Shown: positions 53,801 through 64,000 of the stretch, piece after piece
Layout of the letters: each line of letters opens with the position of its first letter
Position numbering within the stretch: the stretch's first letter is position 1
Source: Enoplolaimus lenunculus
Taxonomy: Eukaryota
NCBI GenBank assembly: GCA_030248215.1
Contig: JASANG010001107.1
Location: forward strand, 248,001-312,000
Direction of reading: 5' to 3'
Length of the DNA: 64,000 nucleotides
Program-made: the position numbers and the translations under genes
The notes under the pieces: generated by a model
Seen by the model: the letters and a program-made list of their open reading frames with translations, nothing else
What the model was told of the DNA's origin: nothing
Database searches by the model: none

Positions 53801-56800
53801 CGTAAATAATGCAATTATTTTTTAGTTAATCCCAAACGAAAACTATTTCTTGAAAGAAAGAAACTTGTGTGTTATAAATTGGCAATAGCAATTTCTTGAA
53901 TATAAGACATTTATGTTTTAACCATTTAAGAAACGAATTTCTGAGCTGTTTAAGGCTCTTAATGTTTGAAATACAAGACATTTATGTCGTGAAAATTTAA
54001 GAAAGTAGGAGTCTTGATGTCCTCAATACCTGCAGTGTAGGAAACGGCTAATATTGTCACCGTAAATAATGCAATTATTTTTTAGTTAATCCCAAACGAA
54101 AAAGATTCGTTCAACCCAGGTTATGTGCCAATACTTGGAATTTTACAATTCGTATTTTATCAAGGTTGGATTTCGGTCGGTCAAAATTTTATGTCACCCT
54201 TTGGCGAAGACGACGATGACTTTGAAATGAACTGGATACTTGATCGGTACGCGGTACAAGTTTAGTGTTTATGGCTTGTAGAAAACACTGTTCAACAAAC
54301 CCGCGACAGATGCTATGCAACATGGTTTTTGCGAATCTATTTTAAAATATGTTTTTTCACTGATTTGAACTTTGCTGACATTCACTACATAGTATACGGT
54401 AATCCCTACATTGCCCAATTACACAATTTTGGAACTATGAATTTTTTATTAACTAAGTTCAGTCTCTGAAGGAAATGTTTTTCTTTTAATTCGCATGTTA
54501 TAGTATTTATAGGCTACATTTAACGGAATAAACGCAAAACACAACGCGTTTGCGGGCATCAGTAACTTTCGAGCGTCAAAGCATAGGCACTGTGTAGTCA
54601 AAAAAGAAGTTTATTTTAATTTTTTATATATTTCAGAAATTTTTTCATCGCCTTACTGTTAGCCGACTCGAGCAAAGCTGGTCTTCCTGATTTAGAATGC
54701 GATCAGTTTTGGTCGTGTCGCAATCCAAAACTAGCGCACACAAGAATCTCACGAAAACTCAAAGTTAACGTATTCAACGGTCATTTGGCCGAGCTGCAGT
54801 TATCACCGGAAGAAATGTGTGTGATTGAAGACGACGACGATGACAAGCAGCCGACATCGAAATCAAAGTCAAAAAATTACATAGCTAATATTTTACGCGG
54901 GAAAAATATCGAAACCGCGCCGCAGTCTGCTGACTTTATAAAGTGTGATACGAAACAAGATATGGCGACCGGCGGAAAAGCAGAAGTAGACGAAAAAGCG
55001 TATATGGAAAATTATGATTTTTACTGTAATCGAAGTACAGTATCATTTCACGACACAGCTGGAATTCATCGAAGCTTGCAGCACGACCGTTCCGAAAATA
55101 CAGTTGCGAGAAGAATTGAAAATTTTATTGTGTCCATGGCGGAAAAATTAAATTTGGCATGAATTCTCCATGAGATTATAAAATCAAATAAAGCATGTAT
55201 TTTTGGGCAAGAGTCGGCAACTATTGCTGCTCTTGCAACCCCCCACTTCCAGGGTCATTCGCTGAATTCATGATCACTAATTCGGCGAGCAACGGCTGTT
55301 ACTCAGACCTATGGCTCCCAACACGAATCAAAACTAAAATTTGGTGTCAAAATTTCTTATTAAAATTGCATTCGACCTGTAGCTCGTTTCGCTTGCAAGA
55401 TTTTTCAACGATATATATCGCGCGATCTCAACAGCAGAATAGGAATGGGCTGCGTAGGTTCGACTTTTTAACGAAAATGTATAGAGCAACACCCAAAGCC
55501 CTCGGAAGAAGGGCCACAAGTACTAGAGGAGGGAATAGGGGCTCTGCCTCTCGTGCAGACATATTCGTACCTTCTGGTCAAAAAATTTATTAACAGCATT
55601 GAAACTTTTTACGTTACAAATATGTATATAACAAGACACCCATATATTATTCTGCGATATGGACTGATACTCATTGGGTCTGAAACTCGCGTTCGCGCGT
55701 GCCTGGCGTACCTGATAATTGGCCACGAATTCCATCCACACAGTTGTTTTCAAAATGGGTGCTTTGCGTATTATATCGACGTTTTGCCTTTGATATCTCT
55801 GCCAAAGTTACTCCGAGCAGCTCGCATTGATAACTTGTTGAAACGTAGTTTACAGATTTGCAACTAAAAATAATATTAGGTCGTATGCAAGGAAAGTCAT
55901 ATAGGTCAAGCAGAAAGGCCGAGTTTTACTGCCTGCTGGCGGATTCAGAAATTTATGATGACGTAGGCACAGCGGTGTATAATACTAAAAAACATTACGA
56001 GCAAAACGAGCGAATAGTCAAACGCAATGTTAGTAATAAATCTTAACACAAAACTTTGGTTTTCGATACTGTTTTGGAGGATTAGGTGTAGGTAGCGTGG
56101 CGGCCTTTGGATCCGCCATATTATAGACTGTTTCTAGCCAACAAGGTAAAAGCATGACCATTGGATAAAACGGTCCAATTTTAATTTGTTTGTATTTGCA
56201 TATTTCAAAATTATCTCTTATTCCGTGTACAGTTCATTTCAATTTTTTAAAAACTTTAATGTTCTGACACAACAATTTAGTGTGTGTCAGGAAATCATTT
56301 TGTCCAAAGCGCATACCAATGTTTTATTTTTTGTGCCACCCCGATTTCTGGTAGGGCTGTAAAAGTGTAGGCGTGGATTCTAGACATTTTTTGCTTTAGG
56401 CTTTACGCTTAGGCTTAGGAATAAACTTTTTTCATCGCTTAGGCTTTCACCTACTGGTACGACCCTAAAAGTAACATTGGCCGAAGCGGCTATAGATGCA
56501 GAGGAACCTATGCGTATGTGGTGAATTAAAATTACATATATGTATTCTACAATGAACCAATTGTGTTTTCTTGGCTGGCGCCAGTTCCATTGGCTTATTC
56601 AAAAACTTTTGAAGTTGGTGGGCATTCGTACAATTCACGAAGGTGCGACGCTGTTCGGTTGCGCTAAAGTTTATAAAAGCCATCGAAAAATCGTGGAAAC
56701 GGTGTCTACCGTTAGTCTCAAAATTGCATGCCAAAGGTAGGTCTGTTTTGAACCTAGCTGCTAACCTCCATTTGGACACAATGACATCCCAAGAAAAAAC

Positions 56801-59800
56801 CGTTCCATCATCCCTGCTATCTTGACAGTGTTGTGATGCCACATAGGTGAAACAAAATATTTTATGCGTGTGATTTTCACCTGTGTGTTCCAATGTTAGG
56901 CCCCCTAGAAGTTGTAGAGAGCAGTAGCGGTTTTACAGGCTACAGAAAGGTGAGCAAGTTTTGTCTATCGCTGCGCTCGTCCACAAAACACAACTTGCAG
57001 TAACGGTTATCTTCTCCCGGAATAAAATGCTGGCTACGCGTCTGCTAAGCGGTATACATCACTAGACTTTCGCGTGAAATTCAGAAAACTCTTTGACATG
57101 TTATCAAAACAGCTGAACCGAATCAATACTCTGCACTATTAGCAATGCTATCGAGCTAACACCTTCTCGCACGTTTTTATGTCAAGTCCAATTCAAAATT
57201 TTACGATAAAACATATCTGTAGGCAACAAAGGGTTACAACAGCGGTACAATCAAAACTAAAGACATCATCACCAATGGAGTGTGGTAATAAATCCAGACA
57301 TCACTTTTTGTATTAGATTCCAAAACAAACATTCGATTTTGGGACACCCAAACGTCAGAACCCCAATTAATCAAACTTCACGAACGAAGCGATCGACAAG
57401 TCAAAAATACTTTTGTTTTACTAAAATCAGATGACAAACTTTCAGTTTTGGGGTCCCTAGCAAGCTCACTTTGTTTGCGGGGCTAAACATTTTTCAGGAG
57501 GGCATACAAGTGTTTTCGATGACTTACAAAAGGAAGTTTGAAAATTGTTCAATGGGGAATTGAGCACTCACTCGACTGGGCCCCTCTGGCTACGTGGCTT
57601 GCTACCGCATTGAAAATGTCAGATATATGTTGGAATTGAATTAAAAAGTTTAGCCCCCTGTGAGGCTCGAACTCACGACCGCTGGTTTACAAGACCAGCG
57701 CTCTACCACTGAGCTAAGGAGGCACACAACGTCGTATGTTGTTGCTCTATAGAAGAATGTAACAGAATAATAAACAAAAATCGAGGAATATTTTGCATTG
57801 TTAAAACAGAATGTGAACATACTTTTACACATCAATTCTGTGTGTGTACGTATACATCATATAGACAAAATTGCGTCAGCCTCCTTAGCTCAGTGGTAGA
57901 GCGCTGGTCTCGTAAACCAGCGGTCGTGAGTTCGAACCTCACAGGGGGCTTCCCTTTTAACCTTTATTAAGCAACAAATGGTGTGTATTCATCTCTCCAG
58001 GCCCAGAGTAATTTTAAAATAAGCCGTCTTAGCAAGTTTTTGAATAGGAAGGGTGGCGTTACGGAATCTGTTCCCGCTTATGATTAAAATGAAATTTTCT
58101 ATAGATCTCGACAAGCTGAGTTAAACCGTACCATTATTATGGCTGCGTAATTTTAACGGTTCTTAAATTATAATCTACGAAATTATAAGCCAAAGAAGCA
58201 GAGAGTTAAAGAAAATGCATCAATCATAGCCATGCTTGTAAAATATAAGCAAAGGAGCGGAGGTTCGGAATCTGCACTTGATAGGAATTTGACAAAAAGC
58301 GGCCTAACCTATAGATCTCAACGAGCTGAGTTCAACGGTACCATTTACGGCTGCTTGACAAACGGTTCAAGAGTTACGGATCTTGAAATTATAGTGAAAA
58401 GACGCGCAGATTCAAAGACGAAGTATCTATAAGTCACATATTCGTAAACTATAAGCTTTACCAGGTTTATTCGTGCGTTAGGCCCTGCAGCTACAAAAAT
58501 GGGCGGAGGTACGGAATATGGACCCCTAAGAATTCATAAAACATAGTTCATTATTATAAATTTTGACGCGCCAAGTTCAACGGTACCATTTTTAGCGCTA
58601 CAGGACCCAGCTCAATTGTCATGACCCTTTAAATTTTAACTTTCACACAAAACATACACATACAACATAATGTAACAAATAAACCTGATAAAGCTTCTAT
58701 TATACGAACGCGTGAATTATAGATACTTCCTGTTATAATCTGTGCATGTTTCCACTATAATTTCGAGGGCCGTAATTTTTGATGCAGTCATAAAAATGGT
58801 ACCGTTGAATTCAGATCGTCGAGTTCTATGGGATGGACAAGTTTTTATCAAAATTCTAGGGGGTCCCGATTCCGTTCCTCCGCCCCAAAAATGTACTGCT
58901 AAACTCAACGCATCGATCGATATCTATGAAATAAACTGCTCTTGTTTCATCAATCTTACGGTGTCATATTCTGGAAAAATTTCGGTCCACCAGAAAAATT
59001 GTCAACCTTGCTTGTAAGTTGTGATTCCGCTGCATTTTGTAATATGCAGGCCATGGAACTGCCTCCGAGTCGGGCGCAGTTTCTGTTTTCATTACGGAAA
59101 ATCTTTTATACTTTCGTTTACTAATGTGGTTTGTTGCGTAGCGGTGTAGACAATGTTTTCAACTGAGAAAGGTCTAGGCAACTAAGGGTTACAGTAAGAA
59201 TTGACTTAGCGTTGCAAATTTGCATTTGCAACTACGTTGACTAGTGTAAATTACAGCAAATGTAGTGATTAAAGATTGGACGGGGGCTGTTTAACCTGCA
59301 AAGATAAAAGCAGACCAAATACAGTGAATTAATGTTTCCCCTGATGTTTTTTACGTTCTCAAGGGGCCAAAATCTTAAGTGGAAAACAGAGAACCTTGCA
59401 TCTTAGGAATCAGGGTGCTATACAGGAAGGGACATAGGTGTACTTACGCTTATCTATAGTACAAAGTAGTTTAACCATTTATCTCATTTGAAATTTTTTG
59501 AGCAAATACATCGGGCCCGTCGTCGAGGGAGGAGGCAGGGGGCTCAGCTTTCCGCCCCCTCAAAAATTTTGGTCCGACGAGAAAAATATTCAATTTTGCT
59601 TGTAAGTCATTGAAAACTGCCCGTGCTGAAAATTTTTTAGCCCCTCCTAGCAAGGTGAGCTGGCTACGGGTCTGTTATATATCACCCGAAATGTCTGAGA
59701 AGACTCGTAAAATGCACTTTTACAAAGTATAGAATAACCTGCAGGGATAAAAAATTCTTCGCTCGCTACGCGCGCTCGTAAAAATATTTATCTTCTCCCG

Positions 59801-61367
59801 AAATGAAATCCTGCTTACCCCTGGTTGGAACTGAACAGATATGACTTGGCGCAGTGGCGGATCCAGGATCTCAAAATGGAGGGGGGCCAAAATTTTACAG
59901 GTAATACACTTATTATTTACCCATACTGTAGTGTCCCAAATCAGAGGGGGGGGCAAATAAGACGGAGCTTATAATAAGCTGCTTATACTATTGTGTATAA
60001 AACAAAGAAATAAACAGCGTATAATTTTTGTCGAGATGCTGTTGGGGAGGCACGGCCGGGGTTGGCCCCCATGGATCCGCCATTGGCTTGGCGTCTTCTA
60101 TTCACCAGCTCGACTTCCTCACCAGTAAAATACTTTCAAACATAACCAAGCACACCGGGTAATACTAAGACAAAGACAGTGCTTTTTCTGTGTTGCAAAC
60201 TGAAACCGTGTCAAAAACGCATGTACAAAAATCGCAAAGGGGTAGTGGTTTTGACAAGTGAACTCCCCTCGTAAGCCCTTGCATCCCGTCTTACTTGTTA
60301 GCAGGATCGTTGAGGCAAAATCCTAAACATTCGTCCAAGCCAACATTCGAAACGATAATCGGGTTTGCGGTAACCAATCGCGTTGCGTCATACGCAGTGA
60401 ATGAAATCTGTGAAAATCCACAAATTATTTGAGCGCCTAAAATCATAATTTGTCATAAAATGTACGACACCTTATAGCTTAAACCAGTTGGAGGCACCAA
60501 ATATGGACCGAGGCCCTGTGTGATCTGCATAGGCCACTTGTGGTTGTTTGAGCGCCTGCTCAAATATACATTAAGTAAATTTATAAGTTTTAGTTGAAAA
60601 CGTCACGTACTGATACAGAATTGATGCTTTTAGGCCGTCGCAGGTATTTAAATGACCAGAATTAATTTGGTCTGATATGTTTTGCGAGAAAAAATCCTTT
60701 GAAATAACTGACAAAACCAGTGATCCTAAAACCGTATAAAACAGTGGCGCGTTCAGGCCCGCTGCCAGCTCAAGTTGCTAGGGGGGGGGGCTAAAATTCT
60801 TTATGGAGGGGTATACAAGCGTTTTCGTCGACTTACAACAATGTTAAAAAAAATTTTAAGGGGAGCACTATTTTTGCAGGGGTGTGTAAGCCTCTTCCCC
60901 CCCCCCAAGCTACGGGCTCGTGCGTACTAAGTGAGTAAGGGCCATTGCCGAAATCCATAAAATCAATTTGAGGATATTAATATGAAGAAACGACATAATT
61001 CTGTACTTGAATACGTAACAATTATCCTCGTGTGTGCTAAGGAATCGAGCGAAAACACCGGGCTAATCTAAGTATTTAAAGATAAATTGAAAGTTAACTG
61101 CTAAATATCGTATTTTTTAAATCCTGTGAAAGCACCTTGGGTTTGAAGAGCTTCCTACATTTAGGGTATGGAAGGCGCTATCCGCATTGGTTTAAAATGC
61201 AATTTCGGCCAATAAACTTACGTTCGATACATCGTTTTTCGAAATATGTTGCGTTTTCTGCGTCAATTAAAGGTACCGTCAACGTATTAACATGCGATAA
61301 AATACATCCACCCGAGGTTGGATCGTATTCAATTGATCGGCAAGCTATGTCAGTTGAAATTTGACAT
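41806..61367 (-). CDS. PAN/Apple-ZP domain transmembrane matrix protein (cuticlin-like / LET-653 / NOAH / NompA class), 5' end not located. Exons ~61222-61367, 60295-60436, 55712-55863, 47654-47943, 47147-47301, 45673-45840, 45054-45150, 44071-44230, 42784-42964, 41806-41999
   Basis: PAN repeats ([48 protein letters not shown]), ZP-N ([23 protein letters not shown]), ZP-C ([27 protein letters not shown]), furin site GRRKRS and a C-terminal hydrophobic helix before the stop at 41806. The 47147/45840 junction is ambiguous. Confidence 0.85.
43176..43331. repeat. Two-copy 78-bp tandem duplication (intronic)
   Basis: tgagaccataacacctgatttaatagac...catcacaaaa occurs at 43176 and 43254. Confidence 0.9.
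46253..46415. mobile_element. Short G/C-tract hAT-type MITE (CAG(A/G)CCCGTAG TIR). Related copies near 44310-44475, 48460-48620, 49190-49363, 52605-52770, 57450-57600, 59510-59675, 60755-60920
   Basis: cagacccgtag ... ctacgggcccg ends, 8-bp TSD ATCCGTCA, and a shared core cttgctaggggggctaaaaattttcaggaggg. Confidence 0.8.
48012..48232. repeat. 21-bp minisatellite, ~10 copies, with a 63-bp three-variant superperiod
   Basis: Unit cgt(c/a)atcgttcgtcgccg(t/c)a(a/g), open in two minus-strand frames. Confidence 0.92.
49781..50032. repeat. Imperfect ~250-bp palindrome (probable MITE)
   Basis: Outer arms agttagacaaattatac / gtatataaattcgtctaact and inner arms tgatttggcac / gtgccaaatca, centred near 49905. 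Confidence 0.7.
50476..55162 (+). CDS. best: Bestrophin family Ca2+-activated anion channel. Exons 50476-50640, 50991-51161, 51432-51671, 52363-52527, 54086-54246, 54637-55162
   Basis: [55 protein letters not shown] and the [11 protein letters not shown]a2+ clasp. All introns are GT-AG and phase-compatible. Confidence 0.95.
53581..54102. repeat. 260-bp two-copy tandem duplication spanning the bestrophin exon-5 acceptor
   Basis: 53581-53840 and 53841-54100 are identical apart from two substitutions seen (tatgag/tataag; aacattt/accattt). Confidence 0.92.
57652..57723 (-). tRNA. trnT-UGU: tRNA-Thr (anticodon TGT)
   Basis: GCCTCCT/AGGGGGC acceptor stem, TAGCTCAGTGG A box, CTGGT-CTTGTAA-ACCAG anticodon arm, GTTCGAGCC B box, and a downstream T5 terminator. 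Confidence 0.96.
57879..57950 (+). tRNA. trnT-CGU: tRNA-Thr (anticodon CGT)
   Basis: Same cloverleaf, with anticodon arm CTGGT-CTCGTAA-ACCAG, B box GTTCGAACC and a downstream TTTT. Confidence 0.96.
58040..58900. repeat. Dispersed repeat family with core tagatctcgacgagctgagttcaacggtaccat, in direct and inverted copies. Further copies at ~61570-61690 and 62070-62445
   Basis: The core occurs at ~58100, 58310, 58560 (plus) and 58795 (minus). 58255-58435 and 58715-58890 are mutually inverted. Confidence 0.75.
59852..60085. mobile_element. hAT-type MITE (CAGTGGCGGATCC TIR)
   Basis: cagtggcggatcca ... tggatccgccattg with a near-perfect 8-bp TSD (a/g)cttggcg. Confidence 0.8.
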
Positions 61368-62661
61368 CTATAAAACAAGAAGTTCTAAGTCAGACACATG
61401 CAAATGGCAGCCGCATGGCGCATAATAAAGAAAATGGCAATGATATATAATCACATTACGTAATGTAAGTAAGTATGTACGTAAACAAAAGTAGTATTCC
61501 TACACGGGCCCGAAAACAGAGCTGGTTGTAAGTCATGGAAAACCCTTGTATACCCTTCCTGAATCTGATTGATTTGGACGAGCTGAGTTCGACGGTACCA
61601 CTTACGGATGCATCACAAACTGTTTAAAAGTTACTGCAGCCTCTACATCGTAATGCAAAGACCCACAGACTACAACAGCATAAAAAAGCATCCGTCATTT
61701 ATATGTTCGGAAAATTGTTCGGAAAAAAATTTGTTTGATTTTTAACTTAGCTATCTTGAATAAAAAAATTGTTGCTGATCTTTAGTGAAAAAAATTGGAG
61801 CAGAAACCTTAGGTTTCGAAGAAGAGCCCTTTCGATTTCTACAGTGTGGTCCCTCGGAAATTATGATTCTTATTTTTGAATTCCCTGCGGTAACTGAAAG
61901 CCTTAATTTGCATGTGCATTAACTACGTATCTACGTCTGTATGTGATATGTATGCACAGCAAGGATGGGCGGCAATATGAAGAATCTAAAGGGAGGCGCA
62001 TGCCCAATTTTTTTGGGGTTTATTCCTTTCAGCCGGCGTTCGTCCAGATATCGTTGGAATTTGAAAATTTCATCCTTGGGGGGTGCAGATTCCATAGCTC
62101 CGCCGAAATTTAATAAAAATAGTTCATTTTATAGATTTAGACGCGCTGAGTTTAACGGTACCATTGCTATGTTGCAGGGCCCCCGGTTCAATAGTTATGG
62201 TCCTTTGTGCGTGTTTGCACTATAACTTCGAGGGTCATAACTTTTGAACCGTTTGTCATTCAGCCATCAGAATGGTACCATTGAGTTCAGCTCGTCGAGA
62301 TCTACTGGATGGACGGACCAGTTTTTGTTAAAATGCTAGGTGGTCCAGATTCTGTACCTTCGCCGAATGCAGGTCGTCGAGATCTATAGGATGGACCACT
62401 TTTTATCAAAATCTTAGGGGTCTAGATTCAGTACCTCCGCCCGTATTCCGTACTTCCGCAAGGCTCCAGTGGTCGGGGTGACAAAACTATTCGAGGGTGG
62501 AGCCCATGCCGTTGTGCCGCATAAATCCGACGATAGGTGATAATACTGTATTGAGCGATTTAGTGCGCGCGAGTCATAAAGACGTATCTTGTATACGTGA
62601 ATTTTGTATGTTACAGAATTCTGCATTGTACAAAACGATTATGTAAGAGCAATATGTTGTC

Positions 62662-62734
62662 GGCCGCGTGGCCCAATGGATACGGCGTCGGACTTCGGAT
62701 CCGAAGATTGTGGGTTCGAGTCCCATCGTGGTCA
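62662..62734 (+). tRNA. trnR-UCG: tRNA-Arg (anticodon TCG)
   Basis: GGCCGCG/CGTGGTC acceptor stem, TGGCCCAATGG A box, TCGGA-CTTCGGA-TCCGA anticodon arm, GGTTCGAGTCC B box, and a T5 terminator downstream. Confidence 0.95.
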
Positions 62735-64000
62735 ATTGTTTTTGTTAAAAGTTCATCAGGAGCCACATAGAACAAGGATCCCTAACAGGTTTCACAGAGT
62801 GCATAAAAGTAAAATGGCGCTGGACTTCTCGCTCTCGTAGTACTCGTATATATTTTGCTCGGCCCTTCATTTTAGAAATGGCGATATTTGCCAATGCCAA
62901 AACGGGCGGAGGTACGGAATGTGGAAGATTGCTTTTTGTGAAGCAGACTGGCGACATCTATCCGGCTGCAATCTGGCCTACTGTATCATGGCTGGACTGC
63001 ACTGCCACAAGTTTTGGTACTAGAAGTAGTGTGCAATTACCACTTTTTCTACTGGCCGGCCGGTTATTGGCGCCGGCCGGCCAATATACAAATTTAAAAA
63101 ATTATCAAGCATTTGTATAATGACTCGGAGAACAACAGTAAAAATATAAATACATGTTGCTACATTTTGCAACTTCGAAGCGTATATTTTTACAAGAAAA
63201 TAAAGTGCCCCAAAGCCTATGTAAAGGAACATGTGGAAAAGCAGTACGTTTAAATCGCATTGGCATTAAGATATACTACTACACGTAGTTGCACACATGC
63301 GCAACTGGACTAAGGCTTCTTCAGCCCTTACAGTGCTTTTTGCTACCAACTATGCTGAACAATAGAAATTTATTTCACCTCGTTTCTACACATTACAAAT
63401 TTCTTTCTGATGCAGTTTGGAAACCTATTTTTTCAATGATCCTTGCGGAGCATTTTAACTCCTAGTTCCCATTATTATTGTCAAAATACGTATGTACTCC
63501 AGTAAAAGATTTCACTATATTTTTAAAAAGCAATCTTAACATTGACCACAATGATAATACTAGACAACATTTTCAGCTAAAAGTTTTCGAATCGAGATCT
63601 AAATAAGATTTAAAGTGTTAAATTGATGAAGTCAAATTTTTTAGCTTTTTCTGTTATGGTCAGTGTCTGGCCGGTTGGTTATTGTCAATGGCCGGTGAAC
63701 AACATAGCTACCGCGCATTCCTGCTCCTAGATAAAACCTCTGGCCATCGAAGTAGGGTGAAAACTCACACCAGGGTGGTAACAAAGGCTCGAATTCTGAT
63801 CCGGTTTCGGTTCTGAAAAAACCGAATGAAAAACCGAATCCAACAGTGTTTGGCAATATGTTTTTTCGTTTTTAAACAATAAAATTCAAGTAAATTGTTA
63901 TATAAATCAATATTTATATTACAGGTTACAAATCTCAGGCTGACGTCGAGCTTGAAATATTAATAACCAACGTTTAAAGTTATGCTGCTGGCATTACGTT

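Noticed and set aside
55195..56893. ORFs 55195-55593, 55553-55867 and 56465-56893
   Set aside because: No recognisable domains. The real coding segment here is the minus-strand PAN exon 55712-55863, in another frame.
61368..64000. Upstream exons and start codon of the PAN-ZP gene
   Set aside because: No exon with PAN-like cysteines and a phase-2 donor was recognised, so the 5' end probably lies beyond the window.

Overview
AT-rich, intron-containing eukaryotic DNA, most likely from a nematode. This is inferred from TTTCAG/TTTTAG acceptors, an [13 protein letters not shown] bestrophin, a cuticlin-like PAN-ZP gene and scattered TTAGGC-like units; the species cannot be determined. Manual splicing supports four protein-coding genes. 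(1) The 5' part of a signal-peptide, multi-Ig-domain gene on the minus strand, running off the left edge. (2) A complete ~31-exon, ~2,230-aa PHF20/PHF20L1/MBD-R2-like gene (minus, 12892-39186) with an unusual architecture: [MBT/Tudor1-Tudor2]x2, [TTF/hAT-transposase-like Zn finger + C2H2]x2, PHD, C-terminal helix. (3) A PAN-PAN-ZP-furin site-TM extracellular matrix gene (minus, 41806 to >61367). (4) A complete bestrophin nested antisense in an intron of gene 3. There are three tRNA genes, including a head-to-head pair of near-identical tRNA-Thr genes with different anticodons. Repeats include a 4.1-kb foldback-like inverted structure built from an 81-bp satellite, many hAT-type MITEs with 8-bp TSDs, a Tc1/mariner MITE, Helentron/DINE-like elements and two LINE relics. 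All gene models were read by eye from GT-AG sites and intron phases, with no database searches.
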